Assembly: GCA_041859095.1 (NCBI GenBank)
Contig: JBHEKY010000006.1
Span: forward strand, 7,838-71,837
Direction: 5' to 3'
Source: Anaerovoracaceae bacterium
Lineage (GTDB): Bacteria; Bacillota; Clostridia; Peptostreptococcales; Anaerovoracaceae
DNA: 64,000 bases
In this document: piece by piece, positions 54,399-63,272 of the stretch
Layout: the number at the start of each line of letters is the position of its first letter
Numbering within the stretch: the stretch's first letter is position 1
Notes under the pieces: model-generated
What the model saw: the letters and a program-made list of their open reading frames with translations, nothing else
Database searches by the model: none
Told to the model about the DNA's origin: nothing
Translations under genes and position numbers: made by a program

Positions 54399-55150
54399 AT
54401 CCGCACTTCGATTCCTTCTCTTTTCAAATATTGCTTCAAATCCTTAATTTCCAGCTCTCTGAAGTGAAAAATGCTGGCGGCAAGCCCTGCATCCATGCCT
54501 TCATGGCGAAACAGTTCTGCAAAATCTTCTTTATTGCCGGCGCCACCACTGGCGATAATCGGCACATTGACCCGGGACGCAATGGCATCCAGAAGTTCCA
54601 GGTCGAATCCACCCTTGACTCCATCGGTATCGATGCTGTTGACCACCAGTTCCCCTGCGCCGCGATTTACTCCGTCTACGGCCCACTGGATGGCATCCAA
54701 CCCCGTATCATCGCGCCCTCCTTTGGAAAACAAGCGGAACTGTCCATTTACCCGTTTTATGTCCATGGAAAGAACCACACACTGGTCTCCGTATTTTTTG
54801 GCACCGGCTTCAATCAGGGCCGGGTTTAAGATCGCGCCGCTGTTGACGCTGACCTTGTCTGCACCACACTTGAGAACCCGATCAAAGTCAGCCAGGGAGT
54901 TAATGCCGCCCCCTACCGTAAGGGGGATAAAAATCTTGGAAGCCACGCCGGTGAGGATTTCCGTGAATAGTCCCCGACCTTCCACGCTGGCGGTGATATC
55001 ATAAAATACCAGTTCGTCGGCGCCACTTTGGTTGTAGAATTCAGCCATGGCCACCGGATCCGCAACGTCTCTCACGCCGGCAAAATTAATGCCCTTCACC
55101 ACCTTCCCATCCCGGATATCCAGGCAGGGAATAATTCGTTTCGTAATCAC
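54395..55150 (-). CDS. hisF: Imidazole glycerol phosphate synthase cyclase subunit
   Basis: [20 protein letters not shown]......DPV..A..Y...GADELVF.DITAS and PLTVGGGI motifs. GTG start at 55150 with AAGGAG 6 nt upstream; the track ORF is N-extended. Confidence 0.9.
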   Translation of the reverse strand: MITKRIIPCLDIRDGKVVKGINFAGVRDVADPVAMAEFYNQSGADELVFYDITASVEGRGLFTEILTGVASKIFIPLTVGGGINSLADFDRVLKCGADKVSVNSGAILNPALIEAGAKKYGDQCVVLSMDIKRVNGQFRLFSKGGRDDTGLDAIQWAVDGVNRGAGELVVNSIDTDGVKGGFDLELLDAIASRVNVPIIASGGAGNKEDFAELFRHEGMDAGLAASIFHFRELEIKDLKQYLKREGIEVRI

Positions 55151-55178
55151 TTTTCGCTCCTTCTTGTCATTTTCCACT

Positions 55179-55889
55179 TCACTCTGCAAGCTGTATGCAA
55201 TTGGCCAGGTCCAGGAGACCGCCATACAAGGCTTTGCCCAAAATCGCACCATACACCAAGTTCTTCAATTCAACGATTTCCTCTTCAAAACTAATGCCGC
55301 CTGATGCGATAATATCCAGTCCGGGGATTTGGGACAACTCTTTGTATGCCTCCATGTTGGTTCCCTGCATGCCGCCGTCTTTTGCAATGTCGGTATATAT
55401 CACGGTTTTGACGCCGATTTCAGCCAACGATTTACAAAACTCAACCCCGTTGAGTCTTGTGGTTTTTTCCCATCCGTTTATGGCCGCCAGACCGTCTTTC
55501 ACATCTACGCCTACTGCGATGGCCTCTCCGAACTGCTTCACCATTTCTTTGAGAAATTCCGGATCGGTCACAGCTACTGTGCCAAGAATCACCCGCTTCG
55601 CGCCAAGGTTCAAATAGGTTTCAATGCGGTCCTTGTTTCGGATGCCTCCGCCCACCTGTACTTCCAATCCGGAAGATAGAATGAGTCGTTGCACCACCTT
55701 GTAATTCTCCGGGGTTCCACCCCGTGCACCATCCAGGTCCACCACGTGCAAATGGGTAGCCCCTGCTTCTTTGAAAGTTCTGGCTACGGCCAGCGGGTCT
55801 TCGCTATATACGGTCATCTGGTCATAGTCGCCTTGATGCAGGCGAACCACTTTGCCATCCCGTAAATCAATTGCCGGAAAGAGTATCAT
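55179..55889 (-). CDS. hisA: 1-(5-phosphoribosyl)-5-[(5-phosphoribosylamino)methylideneamino]imidazole-4-carboxamide isomerase
   Basis: MILFPAIDLRDGKVVRL.QGDY........DP...A......GA..LH.VDLDGA. ATGA overlap with hisH (start 55889); the track ORF is N-extended. Confidence 0.9.
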   Translation of the reverse strand: MILFPAIDLRDGKVVRLHQGDYDQMTVYSEDPLAVARTFKEAGATHLHVVDLDGARGGTPENYKVVQRLILSSGLEVQVGGGIRNKDRIETYLNLGAKRVILGTVAVTDPEFLKEMVKQFGEAIAVGVDVKDGLAAINGWEKTTRLNGVEFCKSLAEIGVKTVIYTDIAKDGGMQGTNMEAYKELSQIPGLDIIASGGISFEEEIVELKNLVYGAILGKALYGGLLDLANCIQLAE

Positions 55890-56509
55890 AAGGTTTCCTT
55901 TCTCATTTCCACGAAAGCCCGAAGAATATTGAGCCCCACATCTCCGCTTTTTTCCGGGTGGAACTGGGTGCCCATCACATTGCCCCGCCGAAGCGCGCCG
56001 GTCACGGGAATTTTGTAGGAAGAGGTGGCAATCACATATGGTTCGCACTGTGTGGCGAAATAACTATGCACATAGTAAACGTGTTGCCCTTGCTTTATAT
56101 ATTGGAACAGGGGTTCTCCCTCTTTAAAATCAAGACTGTTCCAACCTATATGAGGCACCTTGAGTTCCCCATCCAGGTATGGAACCAACGATGTGACAAA
56201 GCCGGGAATCAGGCCCAGTCCTTTGTGGTTGCCATACTCGTCACTGCCATCCAGCAGCATCTGCATGCCCAGACAAATCCCAAGAAGCGGTGTTCCTTTT
56301 CCTGCTTCTTCCATTACAATCCGGTCCAAACCGGTTTGTTTTAGTTTGTCCATGGCATCGCCAAAAGCCCCTACACCAGGCAATATAATCTGGTCCGCAC
56401 GGCTGATTTCGTCTGGGTTGCCGGTCACGATGGCTGGGGCGCCCAGGAATTTTAGAGAGGCCGTCAGGGAAAACAGGTTCCCCACGCCATAATCGATAAT
56501 TGCTATCAT
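55886..56509 (-). CDS. hisH: Imidazole glycerol phosphate synthase glutamine amidotransferase subunit
   Basis: IAIIDYGVGNL.S........G.......P......D..ILPGVGAF, and the catalytic GICLGMQ and HSY motifs. Confidence 0.9.
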   Translation of the reverse strand: MIAIIDYGVGNLFSLTASLKFLGAPAIVTGNPDEISRADQIILPGVGAFGDAMDKLKQTGLDRIVMEEAGKGTPLLGICLGMQMLLDGSDEYGNHKGLGLIPGFVTSLVPYLDGELKVPHIGWNSLDFKEGEPLFQYIKQGQHVYYVHSYFATQCEPYVIATSSYKIPVTGALRRGNVMGTQFHPEKSGDVGLNILRAFVEMRKETL

Positions 56510-56563
56510 TCAGTCTCCTTTGCCGCATTCATTTACGAAGCGGCGTCGCTTCTATTCTTGTTT

Positions 56564-57151
56564 TTATAACATGCCCTTGGTGGAGGGGATTTCATCCGGG
56601 TGTTTTTCGTCAATCGCCACGGCTTTGGCCAGAGCTCTTGCCATACACTTGAATCCCCCTTCAATAATATGGTGGGTGTTTTTTCCTTCCAGTTGAATCA
56701 AATGCAAGGTAAATCCCAGCTCCCTTGTGAAAGCCAGAAGAAATTCTTCCACCAGTTCGGTGTCAAAATCGCCGATTCGCTTGGCGCGGAATCGCAAGTC
56801 GTCGTTGAGATATGTTCGGCCGGAAAGATCGATGGCGCATAGAATCAGGGTTTCATCCATAGGCAGCACCATGTAACCGTAACGAACGATGCCACGCTTG
56901 TCTCCAAGGGCTTCTTTGAACGCCATGCCCAAAACAATGCCCACATCTTCCACGGTATGGTGGAAGTCCACCTGACTGTCACCGATGCAACGGAGGGTCA
57001 GGTCAAATCGACCGTGACGGGCGAAAAGCTCCAACATATGGTTCAGAAAACCGCAGTCTGTAACGATGTCTGACTTTCCGGTTCCATCCAGATTCAAGGT
57101 CATGGCGATGTCGGTTTCTGATGTTTTTCGGTTGATTTCACTGATTCTCAT
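56564..57151 (-). CDS. hisB: Imidazoleglycerol-phosphate dehydratase
   Basis: RKTSETDI...LNLDG.G.......G.GFL.HML..FA.H...DL......D...D.HHT.ED.GI.LG and NTHHIIE motifs. Confidence 0.9.
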   Translation of the reverse strand: MRISEINRKTSETDIAMTLNLDGTGKSDIVTDCGFLNHMLELFARHGRFDLTLRCIGDSQVDFHHTVEDVGIVLGMAFKEALGDKRGIVRYGYMVLPMDETLILCAIDLSGRTYLNDDLRFRAKRIGDFDTELVEEFLLAFTRELGFTLHLIQLEGKNTHHIIEGGFKCMARALAKAVAIDEKHPDEIPSTKGML

Positions 57152-58254
57152 GGGTTGCTCCTTTCCCGCAGAATGATATCGGTTGCTGCCAGTAATTTCT
57201 CCATGTCGGATTTTTTCCCTATGGTAATCCGGACGTAATCCCGGATGTTATCTTTGTCGAAATATCGGACCAGGATGTTCTTCTTGCGAAGAGCTTGGAA
57301 ATATGCCTCGCCACTGAGCAGCAGCCTTCCTGTTCCAGCCAGGCTTTCCGGTTGGACTACCTTGACGAAAACGAAGTTTGCCTGAGAAGGAAGCACAGTA
57401 AATCCGCGACGTTTCATTTCAGTAGTAAACCATTCCCTGGTTTGGATGACTTCCCGCCGGTTAGCTTCAAAGGTTTCCCGGTCGGACATGGCGGCCGCAG
57501 CAATTCGAATGGCTAGCCGATCCAGATTGTATGGATTGAAACTAAATTTAATTCGGTTCAAATCTGCGATGAGATCCTGATTTCCTATGGCGAAACCCAC
57601 CCGACATCCGGCAAGGCTTCGTGACTTTGAAAACGTCTGAATGACCAGCAAATTGTCGTACTTATCAATGAGGGGGATACAGCTTTCTCCACCAAAATCC
57701 ACATAAGCCTCGTCGATGATGACCAGGTTGTTTGGATTTTTTTGGAGAATCCCTTCGATTTGATTGCGACTCAGCCCAATTCCCGTGGGGGCATTGGGGT
57801 TTGCCAGCACGATGGTTCCCTGTGCATTATAATAGTCGGATGGGTCCACGGTCAAATCCGATTTCAGCGGAATCATCTTAAACGCTGTCTTAAAAACCCG
57901 ACCAAACACCGGATAAAACCCATAACTGATTTTCGGAAAAACGATGCGTCGCCCTTCGTCGGCGTAGGCCATAAAGGCAAACCCCAACAGTTCATCGGAG
58001 CCGTTGCCCACCATGACCTGCCCGACAGCAAGTCCATAGTAATCCTCAATGGCCTCTGCCAGTTCTCGGCATTGGGGGTCCGGATACAGTCGCAGGGACT
58101 CCGAAGACAGTTCCGCAAAAATCCGTTCCACCGTTGGACTGGGTCCGTAAGGGTTTTCGTTGGTATTTAGTTTGATTAGCCCTGCTTCTTTTGGCTGCTC
58201 TCCCGGGGAGTACGGGGAGAGGCTGTCCAGCTCTTGACTGAAAAATCTACTCAT
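57148..58254 (-). CDS. hisC: Histidinol-phosphate aminotransferase
   Basis: LNTNENPYGPSP, NPNAPTG and FSKS..LAG.R.G (PLP lysine) motifs. ATGA overlap with hisB. Confidence 0.88.
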   Translation of the reverse strand: MSRFFSQELDSLSPYSPGEQPKEAGLIKLNTNENPYGPSPTVERIFAELSSESLRLYPDPQCRELAEAIEDYYGLAVGQVMVGNGSDELLGFAFMAYADEGRRIVFPKISYGFYPVFGRVFKTAFKMIPLKSDLTVDPSDYYNAQGTIVLANPNAPTGIGLSRNQIEGILQKNPNNLVIIDEAYVDFGGESCIPLIDKYDNLLVIQTFSKSRSLAGCRVGFAIGNQDLIADLNRIKFSFNPYNLDRLAIRIAAAAMSDRETFEANRREVIQTREWFTTEMKRRGFTVLPSQANFVFVKVVQPESLAGTGRLLLSGEAYFQALRKKNILVRYFDKDNIRDYVRITIGKKSDMEKLLAATDIILRERSNP

Positions 58255-59836
58255 TGCCGGCCTCCCGCAGTCTGTTCATCATCTCGCCAATGGCCTTGCT
58301 TTGGAATTTGAAACTGGATTTGTTAGCAATCAAACGAGCGCTGCTCAGTTTGAATTCTTCCACCACCTCCAGGTCATTTTCCCGCAGGGTGTTCCCAGTT
58401 TCAACAATATCCACGATGACATCGGACATCCCAAGAATCGGCGCCAGCTCGATGCTGCCGTTGAGTTTGATAATCTCAATGTCCCGGTTTTTTTCCATAT
58501 AGTATTGTTTTGCAATGTTTACATATTTGGTAGCAATCCGAAGGGTCTTGTCGGTGTCTTCCACATACCCTTTGGGAGCGGCGACTGCCATCCGGCATTT
58601 TCCAAACCCCAGGTCCATCAGCTCATACACGTCCGGGGTGGTTTCCATTAGAATGTCCTTACCGACCACTCCCACATCCGCTGCGTTGTGTTCCACATAG
58701 ACTGCCACATCACCAGGCTTCACCAGCAGATACCGGATGCCCAGTTCTTTGTTTTCCAGAATCAGTTTTCGGTTCTTGTCATCGAAGTCCGGGCACTCGT
58801 ACCCGGCTTTGGCAAATATTTTGTACACCTGATTCCCCAGCCTGCCCTTTGGCAACGCCACGGTAATCATGTCCTTTTTCTTTTCTTTGACTGCGTTGCG
58901 GCCGTTGATTTCACTGAGCCTTGCCACTTCGTTCAGGTACAGGGCAAAGCCAATGGCTCCGGCATTTTTCCCAAATATTTTCATGGCACGGTCATATTGC
59001 CCCCCGGCCAACACATGACTGGGTAGTCCTTTGATGTATCCCTTAAAAATGATTCCATTATAATAGTCGATATCGTTGACCATGGAAAAATCCAGCTGCA
59101 GTTTGTCCGCGCCAAGTGCCTCTGCCAACGGTTCGCATAGATTCGAAAAAGATTGGAGCAACTCCTTCATTTCCTGGTTGACAGCCAATTTCATAGCCGT
59201 CTTGATGGTTCTTGCCACCGGTCCGTGGAGGCTGGTTAGTTTGCACAAGGCGTCTTTCTGCTCCTCGTTCAGGCCAGCCAGTTCCGAAACTTTACAGATA
59301 CCATCAGCGTTTTTATTTCGTATCAGCTTGACAAGACGGAAGTAGGTAGGCTCCGGCAGGTTCATGGTCTTCAGCAGTTCCAGCGCGAAATCCATGTGGG
59401 AAAGTTCCATCACATACTCGCTGCTGATGGTCTTAAGTGTTCGACCGGCTAGGGTCAGAACTTCTAGGACTTCGGGCTGTCCGATGTCGCCGAGAAACTC
59501 TAGGCCCATCTGACTGATTTCCATATAATTCCGGCTTTCCTTGCTTTCCCGATAGACATTTTCGATATAATATAGCTTCTCACCACAGTCGGGGGTTGCT
59601 TTGGTGTTTTTGATGATGCTCAGGGTCACATCCGGTTTAAGAGCTAAAAGCCGTCCATCCAAATCTGTGAAGGTAATCACCTTATCCGCCCCAAAAAAAT
59701 CCTTGTTGGCTGCATATAGGCTGTATTCTTCGAATTTGCTCATCTTATATTTTTTGTAACCGGCCTCTTCAAATACCCCTCGTAGTTTGAGGGTTGCGAT
59801 TTCTTCCGGTCTCAAGTTAGCTGTTGTCAGGTTCAT
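58247..59836 (-). CDS. hisZG: Fused ATP phosphoribosyltransferase regulatory subunit (HisZ) and short-form catalytic subunit (HisG)
   Basis: A single 529-aa frame. Residues ~1-318 are HisRS-paralogue-like (LRPD.T....R, Y......FR.E, Q.G.E.LG, DYY.G..F). After a Lys-rich linker, residues ~326-529 are HisG-short (ITVALPKGRL...LVKP.DV..YVE.G.AD.G.VGKD.L.E.....YEL.DL.FG.CR..VA.P). No stop separates the two parts. Confidence 0.85.
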   Translation of the reverse strand: MNLTTANLRPEEIATLKLRGVFEEAGYKKYKMSKFEEYSLYAANKDFFGADKVITFTDLDGRLLALKPDVTLSIIKNTKATPDCGEKLYYIENVYRESKESRNYMEISQMGLEFLGDIGQPEVLEVLTLAGRTLKTISSEYVMELSHMDFALELLKTMNLPEPTYFRLVKLIRNKNADGICKVSELAGLNEEQKDALCKLTSLHGPVARTIKTAMKLAVNQEMKELLQSFSNLCEPLAEALGADKLQLDFSMVNDIDYYNGIIFKGYIKGLPSHVLAGGQYDRAMKIFGKNAGAIGFALYLNEVARLSEINGRNAVKEKKKDMITVALPKGRLGNQVYKIFAKAGYECPDFDDKNRKLILENKELGIRYLLVKPGDVAVYVEHNAADVGVVGKDILMETTPDVYELMDLGFGKCRMAVAAPKGYVEDTDKTLRIATKYVNIAKQYYMEKNRDIEIIKLNGSIELAPILGMSDVIVDIVETGNTLRENDLEVVEEFKLSSARLIANKSSFKFQSKAIGEMMNRLREAGNE

Positions 59837-60017
59837 GGCGTTTCTTGCCCTTTCATACTCTACTTCTCTAATGCTTTATTGCGTTAAACTGCTACATCGC
59901 ACAAATCGTATTATAACATATTTCTTTCGCCTGTAAACTCTTTTTTTACCATTATACAAACTTTGAAGCTTTTTTGTGATAAAATATGGAAAAACATATT
60001 CTTATTGGAGTAATTTT

Positions 60018-60377
60018 ATGGAGAGTGATATTATGGATTTTTTCTTTTGGACACCACTATTTTCTATTTTTGCCTTTTTATTTGCCATTGCAATCCCGGT
60101 TGTGATCATCGTAGTTGTGATTGTGTGGATATTAAGCCATCGCGACAACATGCAAAAAACCGGCAATACAGCTGGTGCATCGAGAAAGCTCTATAAGTCG
60201 GAAACCGACAAAATGTTGGCCGGCGTTTGTGGCGGTATCGCCGAGTACTTCAACATCGACTCTACTCTGGTCCGTATTGGTCTGGTGTTTTTCACCTTCT
60301 GCGGTGGTAGCGGCATTTTACTATACATTATTGCGCTCATTGCCATGCCCCATAGACCCAGCCCTACTGCGGTTTAA
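60018..60377 (+). CDS. PspC-domain membrane protein
   Basis: KLYKS..DKMLAGVCGGIAEYFNID.TLVRI..V.....GG.GILLYII..I..P is a PspC domain, preceded by a TM helix. The start is taken at ATG 60018; the track start is GTG 59976. Confidence 0.7.
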   Translation: MESDIMDFFFWTPLFSIFAFLFAIAIPVVIIVVVIVWILSHRDNMQKTGNTAGASRKLYKSETDKMLAGVCGGIAEYFNIDSTLVRIGLVFFTFCGGSGILLYIIALIAMPHRPSPTAV

Positions 60378-60419
60378 TCGGTTCTACGCTGTCACCCATC
60401 GTTTCAATGGAGGTGCTAT

Positions 60420-62075
60420 ATGAGAATTGTTGTAATCGGTGCTGTGGCAGGCGGTACTTCGGCGGCGGCGAAAGCACGAAGAAACATGGAAGACGCTGAG
60501 ATCGTCATCTATGAAAAGGATTCCTTCATCTCCTATTCAACCTGCAGTATGCCCTATTTTATTAGTGGCGTGATTCCCAATCGGGAAGAGTTGTCACCTC
60601 GGGATCCCCAGTTTTTTAAAGAAAAATATAACGTGGATGTCAAAATCGGCCACGAAGTACTGGCCATTGACGCAGCGGCCAAGTCTTTGCAGGTCAAAGA
60701 ACTGTCAACCGGCAAAGTTTTTACCGACAAGTATGATAAGTTGATTTTGTCTACCGGTGCCAAGGCTTGGGTTCCACCCATCATTGGTGCGGACTTGCCT
60801 CATGTTTTTACCCTGCGAACCCTTTCGGATATGGACCGGATCGTGTCCTTTATCGCAAAGAAGCATCCAAAGAATGCAGTCATCATCGGAACCGGCTTCA
60901 TCGGTCTTGAATGTTGCGAAAACTTTTCCCATCTGGGCATGACAGTAACGATGATTGAGAAACTGCCTAGTGTGACACCTAATATGGACGAAGACGTAGG
61001 TGTTCTCATTCAAGATCATCTAACTGAAAAGCAGGTCAAAGTGTATACCAATGCAGGGACCGTAGCCATTGAGCCGGCTCAGGTCCTTTTGGAAGATGGT
61101 ACGGCCATTCCTGCGGAGTTGGTCATCGTGTCAACGGGCATCAAACCCGAAGTCACACTGGCCAAGGCAGCCGGAGTAGAACTTGGCCCTACCGGGGCAA
61201 TTTCGGTGACTCCCACCATGGAAACAAGCCTACCGGATATTTATGCCTGTGGCGACTGTGCCGAGCACTACCATCTGATTACGGGCAAACCGGTATGGCG
61301 CCCTCTTGGATCAACTGCCAACAAAACCGGCAGGATTGCGGGAGATGCAGCAACAGGCGGAGACTTGACTTTCAGGGGTATTTTGGGAACCGGTATATTC
61401 AAAGTCTTCGATTTGACAGTCGCTATGACTGGATTGACGGAGCGGGATGCCCTTGCGGAAGGCTACGACATTGAGATCTGTCACAATATTAAGAGTAGCA
61501 AACCGGAAAATATGGGTGGCCAGGATATGCTGATCAAAGCCGTCGCCGATCGGGCAAACGGCAAAATGCTGGGCGCTCAGATTGTGGGCAAGGACGGTGT
61601 GGATAAGCGAATCGACGTTTTTGCCACCGCCATGACCTATGGCGCCTTGGCTGAAGATTTGTTCCATTTGGATTTGGCCTATTCCCCACCGTTTTCCAAC
61701 ACCAAGGATCCGGTCATGTACACCGGGATGATTCTAGACAACGCCATTCGCAAAGGTCGGAAGTTAATTCTCCCCAAAGCACTGGACAAAATCAAAGCAT
61801 CGGAGCAGAAAGTCCAGATTATTGACACCCGGGTTGCCAGCCAATACGCAGAGGGTCATTTGGAGGATGCCATCAGCATACCCCACGAAAAGGTTCGAAG
61901 CGTACTTGCCAATGAAAACGAATTGGACAAAGAGGCCTTCACCGTAACCTACTGCAATAAAGGGATTACTGGTAATGCGGTCCAAAACATCCTGTTGAAT
62001 AATGGATTCAAAAATGTCTCTAACCTTTCGGGCGGACATCGGAATTACAAGGCATCCAAAAAGGAAAAGGACTAG
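60420..62075 (+). CDS. CoA-disulfide reductase / NADH oxidase-family flavoprotein with a C-terminal rhodanese domain
   Basis: VVIGAVAGGTSAAAKARR FAD motif, redox Cys context SYSTCSMPYF, a second Rossmann motif (IIGTGFIGLE), and a C-terminal rhodanese active-site loop (YCNKGITG). Confidence 0.8.
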   Translation: MRIVVIGAVAGGTSAAAKARRNMEDAEIVIYEKDSFISYSTCSMPYFISGVIPNREELSPRDPQFFKEKYNVDVKIGHEVLAIDAAAKSLQVKELSTGKVFTDKYDKLILSTGAKAWVPPIIGADLPHVFTLRTLSDMDRIVSFIAKKHPKNAVIIGTGFIGLECCENFSHLGMTVTMIEKLPSVTPNMDEDVGVLIQDHLTEKQVKVYTNAGTVAIEPAQVLLEDGTAIPAELVIVSTGIKPEVTLAKAAGVELGPTGAISVTPTMETSLPDIYACGDCAEHYHLITGKPVWRPLGSTANKTGRIAGDAATGGDLTFRGILGTGIFKVFDLTVAMTGLTERDALAEGYDIEICHNIKSSKPENMGGQDMLIKAVADRANGKMLGAQIVGKDGVDKRIDVFATAMTYGALAEDLFHLDLAYSPPFSNTKDPVMYTGMILDNAIRKGRKLILPKALDKIKASEQKVQIIDTRVASQYAEGHLEDAISIPHEKVRSVLANENELDKEAFTVTYCNKGITGNAVQNILLNNGFKNVSNLSGGHRNYKASKKEKD

Positions 62076-62117
62076 CATAACTATACTGTTGCTATTTCTA
62101 TAGTTGTGGATATCACT

Positions 62118-62145
62118 AAAAAAGCGCTCGATTTGAGCGCTTTTT
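62118..62145. terminator. Bidirectional rho-independent terminator
   Basis: AAAAAAGCGCTCgatttGAGCGCTTTTT lies between the convergent CoADR and MerR genes. Confidence 0.6.
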
Positions 62146-62156
62146 AAATATGTATG

Positions 62157-62963
62157 CTATTGCTTTGTAATCGGAATCTGCAGTTCCGTCAGCCAATCCT
62201 CCTCTTTCTGTTGGTTCCAAATGCCGTCGATGTAGTTTTCTCGAGGATTATCGGCAACCTGGTACCCGTTCTTTTCAATCCAATCAAAGGCATATCCGTA
62301 AGCATCCCGCAAGTCGCTGTAGGGTCCTTTGTGCATGACGGATACCACGGTCACCGGTGGCATCTCTTTAAAGACGATATCCTCGAAATTTTCTTTGGCT
62401 TCGGTCACCGCTTCACAAAATTCTACATTGATATCTTTTTCTTTATACTCTTCATCCAGGTATGCGATGAAACAGTATTCCGGGGTGGCGCACTTCAGGT
62501 CCGGGTATTTTTCCATGACCTTCCCGCCAATTTCAGGGATAAGATCAAAGTACGCATCGTAGTTGGGCACCGTCATGACCTTTGAGTAAACCATGCACGA
62601 TGGAATCTCCTTGATGGTCGCTTGATAATTCATATTTTCTACCTCCTGTCCGGATAACAAATAGTTGATTCTGGAGAATTTCCGTTTCAGATCGTCCATT
62701 TCAGCCATCACCTCACGTCGGTGTTGTTCCAACACAAACTGACGGTCGTAACCGGACAGAATCAGCATGGTTTCAGAAATGGGCAAGCCAACCTGCCGGA
62801 GGGACTGGATGTTGTGCAACTCAAGGAGCTGCTTGGTGGAATACATCCGGTATCCGGTGCTCTCATCTACACGATCGGGTTTTAGTAGTCCCACTTCATC
62901 GTAATATCTGAGGGTTTTGACCGTTACTTTTCCGATTTTTGAAAACTCGCCGATACGGTACAT
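62157..62963 (-). CDS. MerR-family regulator with a GyrI-like effector-binding domain (BmrR-like)
   Basis: MYRIGEFSKIGKVTVKTLRYYDEVGLLKP..VDE.TGYR.YS..QL..L..I..LR..G is the MerR HTH, followed by a C-terminal GyrI-like domain. ATG 62963 has AAGGAGAG upstream; the track ORF is N-extended. Confidence 0.8.
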   Translation of the reverse strand: MYRIGEFSKIGKVTVKTLRYYDEVGLLKPDRVDESTGYRMYSTKQLLELHNIQSLRQVGLPISETMLILSGYDRQFVLEQHRREVMAEMDDLKRKFSRINYLLSGQEVENMNYQATIKEIPSCMVYSKVMTVPNYDAYFDLIPEIGGKVMEKYPDLKCATPEYCFIAYLDEEYKEKDINVEFCEAVTEAKENFEDIVFKEMPPVTVVSVMHKGPYSDLRDAYGYAFDWIEKNGYQVADNPRENYIDGIWNQQKEEDWLTELQIPITKQ

Positions 62964-62988
62964 GAAATCTCTCCTTGCTACTATTGTC

Positions 62989-63019
62989 ATTCTGGACCCT
63001 ACCCCGACGGGAGAGTCAA
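62989..63019 (-). promoter_or_regulatory. MerR-type promoter candidate with a 19-nt spacer and an imperfect dyad
   Basis: On the minus strand: TTGACT (63019-63014), a 19-nt spacer, CAGAAT (62994-62989). The spacer region carries the imperfect dyad GACTCTCCCGTCGGGGTAGGGTC. Confidence 0.4.
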
Positions 63020-63194
63020 TAGGCAAAAAATCGTTTTCTTCTCTAACTGCTTTTTCTGACGGTTTGTTCCTATAATATATCACAAAAGAACGAATTTATA
63101 TATATACTCCTGCGCGACCCTCTGAAGATGGGTCAACATTGTGTGAACAACATAACTACAACTGGTATTTTTTGTGTATAACACACAATTTTGC

Positions 63195-63223
63195 TTGACG
63201 AAATCGTGTTTTTCATATATACT
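63195..63223 (+). promoter_or_regulatory. Sigma-70-type promoter candidate for leuA
   Basis: TTGACG (63195-63200), a 17-nt spacer, TATACT (63218-63223), 50 nt upstream of ATG 63273. Confidence 0.5.
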
Positions 63224-63272
63224 CTCCATAATCGAGGCGAGGTTTCACTTGCCCTAAGAAAGGACACCCGAC

